Of a DNA stretch of 64,000 nucleotides, positions 13,026 through 25,503 are shown piece after piece. Positions within the stretch are counted from its first letter, which is position 1. Every line of letters starts with the position of its first letter. The stretch is from Caecitellus pseudoparvulus (taxonomy: Eukaryota > Protista > Bigyra: Bicosoecida): the NCBI GenBank assembly GCA_965644315.1, contig CBFFRQ010000040.1, positions 342,124 to 406,123 of the forward strand, given 5' to 3'. Below the pieces are notes generated by a model that was not told where the DNA came from, ran no database searches, and was given only the letters and a program-made list of their open reading frames with translations. The position numbers and the translations under genes are program-made.

Positions 13026-13863
13026 TTAGATGATGCCGATGTTGTGTGCCACGTCCAGGGCATCGTGGTCCTGGGTCAGGCGCACGTAGGCCTTCTTCTG
13101 GCCGTCAGGGCGGATGAGGGTGTTCACCTTCTGGCAGTCGATCTTGTACATGGCGTTGACGGCCTTCTTGATCTGCTGCTTGTTGGCGCGCACGTCCACG
13201 ATGAACACAAGGGTGTTGTTGTCCTCGATCTTCTTCATCGCGCTCTCGGTGGTCAGGGGGAACTTGATGATCTTGTACTGGTCGAAGGTGGGCAGCTTGC
13301 CGTAGGTGTCCATGGCGGCGGCCTTCTTGGCGTACTGAGGCTGCTTGGGGCGGCTCAGGGTCTTGGGGCGGGAAAACTTGGTCGTGGTGCGAACGCGCAC
13401 GGCCTTGTTGTGGGACCCCATCAGCACCTTCTTGCGCGTGCCCGCGGCGGTGGTGATCTCCTGCACAAGGGCGCACGGACGAGGAATGCAGCAGCGCCAG
13501 CAAGCGGAGGCGACACGAGGAGCCACCTCGCAGCAGCCACATCCAAAGCGGAGCTGCTTGACAAAGAACCGAGGGCAGTGCCCTGAAGCTGCAGGTGGCG
13601 CACAAGCGACTGCAGCACCGGGGGGCAGGCAGCAAACACACTGCCCTGCTGGGGAGGTCAATTTCCGCAACCACACCAGCGCCTCCATCGCTGCACTTCG
13701 AACACGGGACACGCAGGCCCATGCAGCACGGCACCAGGCCAGCATTGACCCCAAAGACAATGCTTGCCATGATGCCAACGGAAACATCGGCGTCTCAGCA
13801 GCACCCCGATACGTCAATCGGCCTTTCTCAGCAGCGGCACGCAGAACTTACCTTGCGCACCAT
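13026..13863 (-). CDS. RPL23A: 60S ribosomal protein uL23 (L23a/L25)
   Basis: Contains [31 protein letters not shown]...[17 protein letters not shown]. Exon 1 MVRK (13852-13863) is followed by a GTAAGT intron at 13461-13851. Confidence 0.97.
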
Positions 13864-14337
13864 ACTGCTAGGTTTGGTTGTGAGGCTGCAATTCACACAC
13901 AAAGGCGTGCTGCAAGCACACAGAAGACATGTGGAGGTGTGGTGATGTGTGTCTCTTGAACAGTGACGCTGAGACGGCAGTGATCACTTGCGTGAGGGTA
14001 ACTTTCGCGTCACGCGAATGATGCAATCTCGAGTCTGTTCAAGGCGATTTCCGCAGACAACCCGCCTTTTCCCGTGCGACAGACCCCCCAGCGAGATGTG
14101 GCAGGCCAGGCACCGTGCTGCGCCGACACTACTTTTCGTGAAAGCGACACACCACCCCACCGTGTCCCTAACCCATTGCACCCGGCCAAGGCAGCTGTGC
14201 TTTCTGAGCTACAGCCGCGCGTGCGGGATTGTTGGCTCGGGCTGCAGGCCAGCCCAACCCGCTGTTCTCCAAGACCAGCGCTGCCTGTGCCTTTGTGCGG
14301 CATAGTGTGTGATCTAGACGCTTAGTAGAGCTTCACC

Positions 14338-17300
14338 ATGTCTCAACGGTGCGTGGGGCGCGTTCGAGGCGCTGCCTGGCGTGTGCCGACAGCCAGCCCG
14401 CGTATTCCTGCTTTGGCTGGCTCTCAGCGGCCACGCTCGCGAAACAGGTTGCATGCACCGCATGCGCTCTCTCCCACCGCAGGTCTCTGCGCGAGTATGA
14501 CGGCAAGGCCATGCTGTCCAGGGAGGGCTTGTGCTCCAAGTTCTTGTGCAAAGTTTCACAGCCAGCGGGTGGTGGCGCCGTGGACTGGGCTGCCGTGGAA
14601 GCGGCCCACCCGTGGGTCACCAAGCAGCGCCTGGTGGCCAAGCCAGACATGCTCATCAAGCGCCGCGGGAAGAGCGGGCTCATTTGCTTGAATGCCACAT
14701 GGGCCGATGCCAAGGCTTGGATCTCGGAGCGCATGGGCGTGGAGGTGGAGGTGGAGGGTGTCAGTGGTGTGCTGACTCACTTCTTCGTGGAGCCGTTCGT
14801 GCCCCACAGCGGCACTGACGAGTACTACATCTGCATCCAGAGCAACCGACAGGGTGAGGAAGTGCTGTTCCACCACGAAGGCGGCGTGGACGTCGGCGAC
14901 GTCGACGCCAAGGCAGTGCGCATGCAAGTCCCCGTGCACGCCCCCGGCGTCACGGGCGCGGAGGTGACTGCCCGCCTCCTGCAGGCAGTGGCAGAGCCCC
15001 GGCGCCCCGCCCTCAGCGAGTTCATCGTGCGCCTCTTCCAGACGTACCGCAAACTGCACTTTGCGTACATGGAAATCAACCCCCTCGTGTTCCTGCCTGC
15101 GGCCGTGCCGTCAGACAGCGGCGCGGCGCCACAGGGCACCGCCGACATCGGCTCCTTTGCGCCTCTGGACCTGGCTGCCAAGATCGACGAGACGGCGCAC
15201 TTCCTCGTGGGCAAGGCGTGGGGCGACATCGACTTCCCCCCGCCCTTCGGCCGCCAGCCGTACGCGGAGGAAGCCTACATTCACAGCCTGGACGCAAAGA
15301 CTGGCGCCAGCCTGAAGCTCACGCTGCTGAACCGCTCAGGGCGCGTGTGGACCATGGTGGCAGGCGGTGGCGCCTCGGTGGTGTATGCGGACACCATCTC
15401 AGACTACGGCTGGGGCCACGAGCTGGCGAATTACGGCGAGTACAGCGGCGCGCCGTCGGAGGAGCTTACCTTTGAGTACGCCAAGACCGTGCTCAAGTGC
15501 ATGTTCGACGTGAAGCGGGAGGAGGGCAAGATCCTCATCATCGGCGGCGGCATCGCCAACTTCACCGACGTCGCCAAGACCTTCCGAGGCATCATGCGGG
15601 CCCTGTCCATGCACGCGGAGGCGCTGCAGGAGCACGGCGTCAAGATCTGGGTGCGCAGGGGCGGGCCCAACTACGAGGAAGGCCTGCGCCTCATGAACTC
15701 CCTTGGCACTGAGCTGGGCGTGCCCATCCGCGTGTACGGCCCCCGCACGCACATCACCGCCATCGTCCCCATGGCCCTGGGCCTTGACGTGTCCACCATG
15801 GGGCTGGATGTGGTGGAGACGACAGGGGCAGGGGCAGCAGCCGCCCAGCGCGCGCTGACCACCGCCGCCGCCCCTGCCCCCGTGGCACAACCAATGCCAG
15901 GTGTGCCTGTGGAGGATGCAGAGGGTGATGTGGCCCTGGCCGGTGCCGGTGCCGCGCCGACGGCTGCCTCCACCGCCACCGGCCAGCACACGCAGTTCTC
16001 CCCCAAGACCCGGGCCATTGTCTTCGGCATGCAGATCCGGGCAGTGCAGGGCATGCTGGACTTCGACTACCTGTGCAGCCGAGACAAGCCCAGCGTGGCG
16101 GCGCTGGTGTTCCCCTTCTCCTCCAACCACTACCAGAAGTTCTACTGGGGCAGCAAGGAGATCATGGTGCCCGTCTTCTCGTCCATGAAGGAGGCCCTGC
16201 TCAAGAACTCCGACGTGGACGTGCTGGTGAACTTCGCCTCCTTCCGCTCCGCGTTCGAGACCAGCATGGAGGCGCTGGCCTTCCCCCAGATCCGCACCAT
16301 CGCCATCATCGCGGAGGGTGTGCCGGAGCAGCAGACGCGCGCCCTCATCCACACAGCGCAGGAGAAGGGCGTCCTGCTCATCGGCCCCGCCACTGTCGGC
16401 GGCATCTGCCCCGGCTGCTTCCGCATCGGCAACACGGGCGGCATGATCGACAACATCGCAGCCTCCAAGCTGTACCGCCCTGGTTCCGTCGCATACGTCT
16501 CCAAGTCCGGCGGCATGAGCAACGAACTGAACAACATCATGGCCCTGCACACCGACGGTGTGTGCGAGGGCGTCGCCATCGGTGGCGACAGGTACCCCGG
16601 CAGCCTCTTCTTGGACCACCTCCTGCGGTACGAGGCCAACCCCAACGTGCGCATGATCGTGATGCTGGGGGAGGTCGGCGGCGTGGACGAGTACGCCGTG
16701 TGTGAGGCCATCAAGGACGGCCGCCTGACGAAGCCCGTCGTGGCCTGGTGCATCGGCACCTGTGCCAAGATCTTCCCCTTCGAGGTGCAGTTCGGCCACG
16801 CCGGCGCCTTGGCAGGCAGCCAGATGCAGACGGCCGACGCCAAGAACGCTGCGCTCAAGGCGGCGGGGGCCATCGTGCCGGAGAACTTCAACGACTTCGT
16901 GCGTGCCATCAAGAGCACGTTTGGGGAGCTGCAGGCGGCTGGGAAGATCCCTGTGCGCGCGGAGGTCATGCCCCCCCGTGTGCCCATGGACTACTCGTGG
17001 GCCAAGCAGCTTGGCCTCATCCGCAAGCCCTCTGCCTTCGTCACGTCCATCTCGGACGAGCGGGGCGATGAGCTGCAGTACGCAGGCATGCCCATCACCA
17101 AGGTGCTCAGTGAGGACCTGGGCATGGGCGGTGTCGTGTCCCTGCTCTGGTTCAAGCGCAGGCTGCCTGCCTACGCCAGCAAGTTCATCGAGACGGTGCT
17201 GACGGTGACGGCCGACCACGGGCCGGCAGTGTCGGGCGCCCACAACACCATCGTTGCCACGCGTGCAGGGAAGGACTTGGTGTCCTCCCTCTGCTCCGGC

Positions 17301-17834
17301 CTGCTCACAGTGGGGCCGCGCTTTGGCGGCGCACTGGACAGTGCTGCGGACATGTTCAGCCACGCTGTGGACGCGGGCCTGACGCCCGAGGCCTTTGTCG
17401 CAGACATGCGTGCCGCCAACAAGCTCATCATGGGCATCGGCCACCGCGTCAAGAGCATCCACAACCCCGACCAGCGTGTCACCAGCGTCGTGGAGTTCGC
17501 CAAGAAGCACTTCAACGCGACGCCCGTCCTGGACTTCGCCATGGCGGTGGAGGGCATCACCACCAAGAAAAAGCCCAACCTCATCCTGAACGTGGACGGC
17601 GCCGTCGCCTGCGCCTTCGTGGACTTGCTGCGTACCTGTGGCTCCTTCACGAAGGAGGAGGCCGACGAGGCCATCGCCAACGGCTGCCTCAACGGCCTCT
17701 TTGTCCTGGGCCGCTCCATCGGCTTCATCGGGCACTTCCTGGACCAGAAGCGCCTCAAGCAGGGGCTGTACCGCCACCCGTGGGACGACATCTCGTATCT
17801 GGATGCCTCGGGCATGTCCTCGCCTGCTGACTGA
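14338..17834 (+). CDS. ACLY: ATP-citrate lyase, single-chain (fused A+B subunits)
   Basis: Intron 14349-14482 gives [12 protein letters not shown]. Motifs include [41 protein letters not shown], phospho-His [19 protein letters not shown] and [10 protein letters not shown]. Confidence 0.97.
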
Positions 17835-17978
17835 GGAAAGTGAGGAAATGCATGCTTGCCTACAAAACAGTCCACTGCGCACACACGCACCCCAACGCTG
17901 CAGGATTGTGTGCCGCACACATGTTGCTTGTTGTGGTTGAGATTCCTGACTCATAGGAGGGGGAATCGCCCGACAAGG

Positions 17979-18966
17979 ATGTTTGTCTGGGTTCACGCCG
18001 GAGATAGTGCGTGAAGCGATTTCCGCAGGCTGCCCGTGCACCGCTCCTGGCGCTGCACCCGAAGTCAAGCATGCCGTTGCCTCCGCTTCAGAAGTAGCGT
18101 CAAAATGGCCTGTTGCAACGGGCGTCACCTGTCGGCATTTGCTGACGCACTTGCGGGACGAACTTGCGGGCATGTTGCAGGTGAGCGTTTCGCTCGGCGA
18201 GGCAGACGGCTTTCACCGCCTTCAGCCCAGGCCATGAGCACCCTTGCAGGTGCAATTCAAGGAGACTGTGCATGAATTCGAAACTCGTATCGCTGAGGCC
18301 ACTCAGGCGATGCGAAGCGCTGAACTTGAGGCAGGGAGCGGTGCTGCCGCAGAAGGCAGCAAGGAGGCCGACATGCCAGCCGACACGCCCGAGCTTGCCG
18401 CCCTGCAGAGTCTGCTCAACGCCCAGGAGGCGTTTGAGTACATCGTTGCACTGGTGCACCAAGTCTGCCCAGCCGCACCATCGGGGGGACACACCCGGCG
18501 GGGCGCCCCGCAGCGCCAGCCGTCCGCGCAGTCCGCTGCCACACCGGTGTCTGGTCTGGACCTGGCTGGACCAGATGGCAGCCCCATGCAGCTGCTGCAT
18601 GCTGACACCGCCGACATGCCTGCAGGTGAGCTGCTGCAGGCAGGCGCTGTGTACACGCTCGTGACGAGTCAGAGGGTGGAAGGGGTGGGGACGCCCCCCG
18701 GCGTGCCTGAGCCACTGGACCCGCCCGGGGCCAGCCCTCGAGGCAAGGCAGGTGGCAAGAAGGGGGCCAAGGACAAAGGCAGTGGGAAGAGCAGGCCGCC
18801 TTCTGCTGCTTCCAAGGGGGCCGCTGAGGGCCCCCCGCCCCCCAGCTGGCTGCCGCTGCTGTACAGCACACCGTGGAGCGAGGGTGACGCAGATGCGGAG
18901 GCTGCAGATGCTGCCCCTGCCTCCACCAAGAGCAGCAAGAAGAGTTCTGGAAAGAAGAAGAAATGA
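17979..18966 (+). CDS. Uncharacterised protein, possibly CXorf65/C22orf15-like
   Basis: Inferred introns 18007-18091 and 18181-18249 give MFVWVHAGD...TCRHLLTHLRDEL...LDLAGPDG...AGELLQAGAVYTLV...WLPLL with a Lys-rich tail. The layout recalls C22orf15/CXorf65 from memory; not searched. Confidence 0.5.
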
Positions 18967-18985
18967 ATTCCGTGCCGTCGCACTG

Positions 18986-19576
18986 TCAGGCATCCTCCCC
19001 AGCTCCAGCAACGGGGGCAGACACTTGGCCGTATCGCTCACTGGCTTCAGCTGCCACTGCCTGCAGCTGCTGCACGAGGGACTTGCGGCGTTCCCGGTCA
19101 CGAGCCGTGCTCAGAGGCACACCATCTAGGAACAACACGGCGTGTGTGATGGCCTCTTGCAGCCACTTGTTCTGCACGGACGTGGCAGGGGCCGAGGCAC
19201 CTGCGGGAATTGAAGGCAAATCAGGCAACACCAAAGGCTTCACAGTCGCCTCCGCAGGCGAGCCAAGGGGGGCCAGCAGCGGGGCAGGCACAGTTGGCAG
19301 CTCCCCTGAAGCGTCAGCATACCAGGCTGCATCACTGCGCAACGCCTCGGGGTGCCCGTGGCTGGTCAGTGTCCAATCCGTCAACTTCTGGCGCACCATG
19401 CGCAGGCAGTCATTCGCTTGGCACAGCGCCCCTGCAGTGGTGAGGAGAGGCTGCGCGCCAGCTTCCCGCAGAGTGTCAATTTGGGTCTGCAGTATTGAAC
19501 CAGATAACGCAGAAGGTGCCCGCTGCAGTGCAGGCGGCGAGGGGGGCGCGCTTGGCGTGCTCGAGGTGGAGCCCAT
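18986..19576 (-). CDS. BAG-domain protein (putative Hsp70 nucleotide-exchange co-chaperone), 196 aa
   Basis: ATG at 19576 (MGSTSS). The C-terminal LQEAITHAVLFLDGV...RERRKSLVQQLQ matches the BAG E-x7-LD-x-V...R-x2-RK-x2-V-x3-Q signature. Confidence 0.7.
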   Translation of the reverse strand: MGSTSSTPSAPPSPPALQRAPSALSGSILQTQIDTLREAGAQPLLTTAGALCQANDCLRMVRQKLTDWTLTSHGHPEALRSDAAWYADASGELPTVPAPLLAPLGSPAEATVKPLVLPDLPSIPAGASAPATSVQNKWLQEAITHAVLFLDGVPLSTARDRERRKSLVQQLQAVAAEASERYGQVSAPVAGAGEDA

Positions 19577-19817
19577 TGTGAGCTTTGCACCGCGTTCGAA
19601 GTTGTGCACACAGCGGTGGAGGCTGCCCTTCTCCAGGTGGTGAGGTGCTGGAGCACATCACGTATCATCATGCGGCTGGTTCGTTGTTGCATTTGAGCAG
19701 GCGGTGGCTCTGTGCACTCATCCGCCAAGCCTCGTGAGTGCGGTGGCAACACTGCACGTCACTGGGTTGTGACCAGAAGTCCAGCCCCACGCCCCTGGCA
19801 TCCCCACACATTCAGCA

Positions 19818-22800
19818 TCACTCAGACAGGAAGAAGCGCAAGCCCACGTTGAGGCGGCCTCCCAGCCGCAGCGTCCACTGATCCGGAGCACCAGGCGCCT
19901 GGCTCATGGACACACTGCCCGCGCCCTCCTGCTGCTCGCCCAGCCACTGCAAAACCTTGTACAACTGAGCTTTTTCCTGCGGACTGGCTTCCTGTGTTGA
20001 GAGAGTTGGTGGACAGCGAGTGTGCACTCTGCTGGCGATGGTTGCACGTCGCTGGGCTTACGTGGCGTAGATAGTCTCCGAGGGACCCCGGTACCGGAGT
20101 GCCCGCATGCAGCAATGTGAAGAACTCGCTGTGCAACTTCGCATCCGCCCCATGCCTCGGCCTGGACAGCGCCCGCTGGGAGGGCTTGGCGGTGGCGAAT
20201 ATGGTGTGCACCTTGCTGAGTTGGGCGCGAGCGGTGGCCAGCGGCCCGTACAGCACATCCGCCATTTCTCGCAGCAGGAATCCTGTGAAAGAGAAAAGGG
20301 TGAGAGAGGGGGGTGTAAAGCAATCAAAGGCGGGGCCATTCAATTCGCATGCTTGGGCCCGAGACGCACTGGGCGTTTTGCCTTGTCGGTCCTTGAACAC
20401 TGACTTGAGCGCGCGCCGCTGCTTCACAGAGGTGACGGCGGCACAGGCCAGCAACCATGCGTGAAGGGCCTCCTTATCGCCTGCACTGGCAGAGTCTCCA
20501 AGTACGTCCTTCAGCGCTGAAAATGCTCCCTCGTGGCCTGTGTCTGAGAGTTGCTCTGGGTCGCTCTCGGCTTCATCAGCGATGCGCGCTAGCTCTGCTG
20601 ATCGCAGAGCGGCCACAACCTTGAAGGCGCCTGACATGTGCTGCTGTGCAACGTGCACCTCCAGGTCGTCTTCATAGACATCCTCGCTCTCCCCCACTGG
20701 GAGGCCAGCACCGGCTGCAGGAGCGGGCGCCTGCTCTTGGGCGGGCGGTTCGGGGCCGGCTACGCTTGCTGGCAAGCTTGAAGGTGTGCCCCACGTGGAA
20801 GTCCACTCCGAGCCTGGCCCCAGCAAGTCCCCCGCACAGGCTTGCGGCACATGTACCAGCGCCATATCACTGAGCCATGCAGCTGCTCGAGTCTCAGGTG
20901 GCGTGTCAGTCCGGTGCAGCAAATCTCCAGAGTAGCTACCGGCAAGCCATGCGAGCAGGCTTGGCACTGCCTCTGCCCCTTCTGGAAGGTGTGGCCCGAT
21001 GTAGTAGGGGCGCAGGGTGCTGCACACAGTCAGTAAGGCCTCTTGAGCAGACTCCATGGACACTGACCCGGCGGGGACCGTGCCATCCAGCTCTGCATGC
21101 AGTGCGCGGGTGAAGGCAAGGTAGTCAATGCGGCCTTCTTCCCCAGCCACATACGCGTCAGCGAGGCAGTGGGCATCTTCGCGTGAGATTTGTGCGGGGG
21201 CGTCTTTGCTTTCCAGTCGCATGGACATGGTGGAAAGGAACTGCTTGCGCGTAAGCGTACCCGTCAAAAAACTGGCCACCGCCACCCCAGCCCCCTCACA
21301 TGCAGCAGCGGCGGCCTCCAGTTCGGCGATGAAAAAGTGAGCGCGGGCCAGCATGAACATGCGTGGCCCCTTCTCCAGCAAATGTGCTGCCAGGGAGTTC
21401 ATCAGCCCACAAACGCGGCGCATGTCAACAGAGCCAGCGTCAGATGGCAACCCAACTGATGCCGCCGCGATTGAGGCTGGCTGCGGCACATCAGGCGGCG
21501 GCGACAGCGTCGCCAGTGCGACTTGAATGCTGGCATTGAGAGGAGAACTGGAGTCGTCACCGTCACCAAGCGCCGTGCCAATCATGTGTCGAACCTCTGC
21601 GATTGAATAGCCACGGGAGCCCAGGCGCTCCGTGCTCATGCTCGGATCCACGGCACAAATGAAGTCAAGAACTGCCTCGGGCACCATGCCCCGGTGAGAA
21701 GCAGCGCACATGCGAAGCAGGGAAAGGATGCTGTCAGCGACAAACGCCCGGCCTCGGGCCACCATGCCACTCAGCTGTGTTGGAGCATCCAACAGGCGAA
21801 CGGCAAAAGTTGGGGAAGTGACCGGCGTGCCAGGCACAGCTACGTTGGCGTCGCCAGCCAGGCTCCCTGACACCACTGGCGCGTATGAGCGAGCAGATGC
21901 AGACAGGTCTTGTGACTCCCGGAACGGAGCTCTCTCACGCTCCTCATCGCGCTCTTCGTGGCGAACAGGCCGTCGAGGTGGCCTCTGCTCCTCCCTGTCG
22001 AATCGCCTTGAGCCCCCATCACTGTGGCCACGCATCGGCCGCGAATCGCGCTGGGATGGATCGTCTGGCTCCCCCGCACTGTCATCATCTGAAGTCCAGC
22101 GGGAGGATCGAGTCGCACCGCGAGGAACGTACCCGCCACTCGATCGTGGAGCTGCGTCGCTGTCGCTTGCGTCGTCGCTTGGGTACCGCTGTGGCCTTCG
22201 TCGTGCTGGACTTCTGTGCACACTACTCGTCGGGCGAGGGGACGAAGGCCGGCGCTGGTGACGCGAGTGGCTGGCAGGCCTCGGAATGCGATCTGGCTCA
22301 TCGTCACCCTCCACCTCCGAATCGTCTTCAATCACGCCCAGGCGGGATCGTGTTGGGCTGCGAGGTGTGCTGCGCTCCTGCACAAACCTTTGATCGATGC
22401 CCTCGTCCACAGATCCATCCGGGTACTCGATGTCATACACAACACGCATGCGGTTCAGCTTCACATCTCGCCTCTTCCTGCCGCGGACCACGACACCAGA
22501 ACGGAACGCTCCACGAGGCGTCCCGCCAGATCGTGCACGGACAGAGGTTCCAACTGGGAGTGGGTGCCCTGAGCCTGACACCGTCTCTGGCTCAAGTGCA
22601 TCATCCTCTACGCGAGACCCATGCCTCCGATGTGGGGACCTGTGCGGCAGCGGAGCTCCTTCATCGTCCGCCGCGTCAGGGTCCACCTTCACATGCTCCT
22701 CACCCAGACCCCGATCGTCATCGCCGTCGTCGTAGTCAATGTCGTACTTCACCTGCATGCGACCGGTCGCGTAGTCCCGAGCCTGACGACTCCCCACCAC

Positions 22801-25503
22801 CACGCCCTTGTACATCCGACCCCGTGGCTTGCCCTTGTACCGAGCGATGACACGGGTGCCCTTCGGGAACGGGTGATCCAGGTCCACACCGCCCCCACCC
22901 CGATCACCCCGATCACTCCCACGCCGTGGCTCATCTGCATCCTCCGCCGCGTCAGGGTCCACCTTCACATGCTCCTCACCCAGACCCCGATCGTCATCGC
23001 CGTCGTCGTAGTCAATGTCGTACTTCACCTGCATGCGACCTGTCGCGTAGTCACGAGCCCGACGACTCCCCACCACCACGCCCTTGTACATCCGACCCCG
23101 CGGCTTGCCCTTGTACCGAGCGATGACACGAGTGCCCTTCGGGAACGGATGGTCCAGGTCCACACCACCACCCCCACTCCCACCACGATCACTCCCACGC
23201 CGTGGCTCATCTGCATCCTCCGCCGCGTCAGGGTCCACCTTCACATGCTCCTCACCCAGACCCCGATCGTCATCGCCATCGTCGTAGTCAATGTCGTACT
23301 TCACCTGCATGCGACCTGTCGCGTAGTCCCGAGCCTGACGACTCCCCACCACCACGCCCTTGTACATCCGACCCCGCGGCTTGCCCTTGTACCGAGCGAT
23401 GACACGGGTGCCCTTCGGGAACGGATGGTCCAGGTCCACACCACCACCCCCACTCCCACCACGATCACTCCCACGCCGTGGCTCATCTGCATCGTCCGCC
23501 GCGTCAGGGTCCACCTTCACATGCTCCTCGCCCAGACCCCGATCGTCATCGCCGTCGTCGTAGTCAATGTCGTACTTCACCTGCATGCGGCCTGTCGCGT
23601 AGTCACGAGCCTGACGACTCCCCACCACCACGCCCTTGTACATCCGACCCCGTGGCTTGCCCTTGTACCGAGCGATGACACGAGTGCCCTTCGGGAACGG
23701 ATGGTCCAGGTCCACACCACCACCCCCACTCCCACCACGATCACTCCCACGCCGTGGTTCATCTGCATCGTCCGCCGCGTCAGGGTCCACCTTCACATGC
23801 TCCTCGCCCAGACCCCGATCGTCATCGCCGTCGTCGTAGTCAATGTCGTACTTCACCTGCATGCGGCCTGTCGCGTAGTCACGAGCCTGACGACTCCCCA
23901 CCACCACGCCCTTGTACATCCGACCCCGCGGCTTGCCCTTGTACCGAGCGATGACACGGGTGCCCTTCGGGAACGGATGGTCCAGGTCCACACCACCACC
24001 CCCACTCCCACCACGATCACTCCCACGCCGTGGCTCATCTGCATCCTCCGCCGCGTCAGGGTCCACCTTCACATGCTCCTCACCCAGACCCCGATCGTCA
24101 TCGCCGTCGTCGTAGTCAATGTCGTACTTCACCTGCATGCGACCGGTCGCGTAGTCCCGAGCCTGACGACTCCCCACCACCACGCCCTTGTACATCCGAC
24201 CCCGTGGCTTGCCCTTGTACCGAGCGATGACACGGGTGCCCTTCGGGAACGGATGGTCCAGGTCCACACCACCACCCCCACTCCCACCACGATCACTCCC
24301 ACGCCGTGGCTCATCTGCATCGTCCGCCGCGTCAGGGTCCACCTTCACATGCTCCTCGCCCAGACCCCGATCGTCATCGCCGTCGTCGTAGTCAATGTCG
24401 TACTTCACCTGCATGCGGCCTGTCGCGTAGTCACGAGCCTGACGACTCCCCACCACCACGCCCTTGTACATCCGACCCCGTGGCTTGCCCTTGTACCGAG
24501 CGATGACACGAGTGCCCTTCGGGAACGGATGGTCCAGGTCCACACCACCACCCCCACTCCCACCACGATCACTCCCACGCCGTGGCTCATCTGCATCCTC
24601 CGCCGCGTCAGGGTCCACCTTCACATGCTCCTCACCCAGACCCCGATCGTCATCGCCGTCGTCGTAGTCAATGTCGTACTTCACCTGCATGCGACCGGTC
24701 GCGTAGTCCCGAGCCTGACGACTCCCCACCACCACGCCCTTGTACATCCGACCCCGTGGCTTGCCCTTGTACCGAGCGATGACACGGGTGCCCTTCGGGA
24801 ACGGGTGATCCAGGTCCACACCCGTTGAACTTTTTGGCTGCCGCTGGGGGTCGTTCTGGTTGGCAGCATCTGGGTGAAGCCTGACATACTGAGCCTTCAG
24901 ACCTTGGTCTCTGTCACCGTCGTCATAGTGCACGTCGTACACCGGCTCCATTTGTCCCGTAGAAACGTTGCGTTCTTGATGAACCGAAACCACTTTCCCT
25001 GGGTACTCTCGCTTGCGCGGGTTGCCGTTGAAGCGTGCCATGACGCGGTCTCCAACTCTAAGACCTGAGCTTGGCTCTGCCGAGGGCCGACGTGTTGCGG
25101 TTTGCCTAGTTCGGCCTGCACGGGAGGAGTTCTTCCTGAAGAGTTCCCGTGCATCTTCGATTGGCACAGGGCGGTTGATGCTGAGCCTGTGTCCGGCGAG
25201 AGGGCAAGCGTGTGTGCGCCTGGCGTTGAAAGCGAAACGCCCGCCGCCAAGCCGCACCCTAAGCTCCGCAGTCTGCTGGAGAGGATTGCGCGAGGGATGG
25301 GCTTCCCCGAAGCCCCACGATATGCTGTCTCAATGTCCTCAGCCTGAACGGTGCCACCTGTCACATGAAAGAGGCATACGAGGTTGAGAATGAAAGGCTC
25401 GGCAGGCCACCGTTGCACAACGAAACGCCAGCTCACCTTGGGCAAGCCTGTCCAGCGTCGCTTCGTACCGGTCATGGAGCAAATCGCCGAGGTCAAATGC
25501 CAT
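19818..25503 (-). CDS. Tudor-like tandem repeat protein (~10 Tudor-like domains) with degenerate EF-hands
   Basis: ATG 25503 with inferred introns 25358-25436, 25187-25257, 20283-20369 and 19992-20061. The repeat FPKGTRVIARYKG...YKGVV...YDIDYDDGDDD is Tudor/SH3-barrel-like. EF-hand-like ADAYVAGEEGRIDYLAF is present. Ends GLRFFLSE-TGA. Confidence 0.78.
22664..24822 (-). repeat. Coding tandem repeat, about 8 x 276 bp (92 aa), near-identical
   Basis: The 276-nt period is visible directly and in the shadow ORFs recurring every 276 nt (e.g. 22926, 23202, 23478 ... 24582). Confidence 0.97.

Noticed and set aside
13461-13851. Box C/D snoRNA in the RPL23A intron
   Set aside because: No sense-strand RUGAUGA box C was found, and no convincing H/ACA layout was visible by eye.
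18986-19817. BAG ORF as the last exon of the Tudor gene
   Set aside because: The Tudor gene has a clean stop at 19818 followed by AATGCA (19688), and the BAG ORF has its own ATG.
22664-24822. 276-bp array as CRISPR or satellite
   Set aside because: There are no unique spacers. The unit is a multiple of 3 and encodes Tudor-like domains within a spliced gene.
22621-24828. 735-aa plus-strand repetitive ORF
   Set aside because: It is the antisense shadow of the Tudor repeat and has no recognisable motifs.
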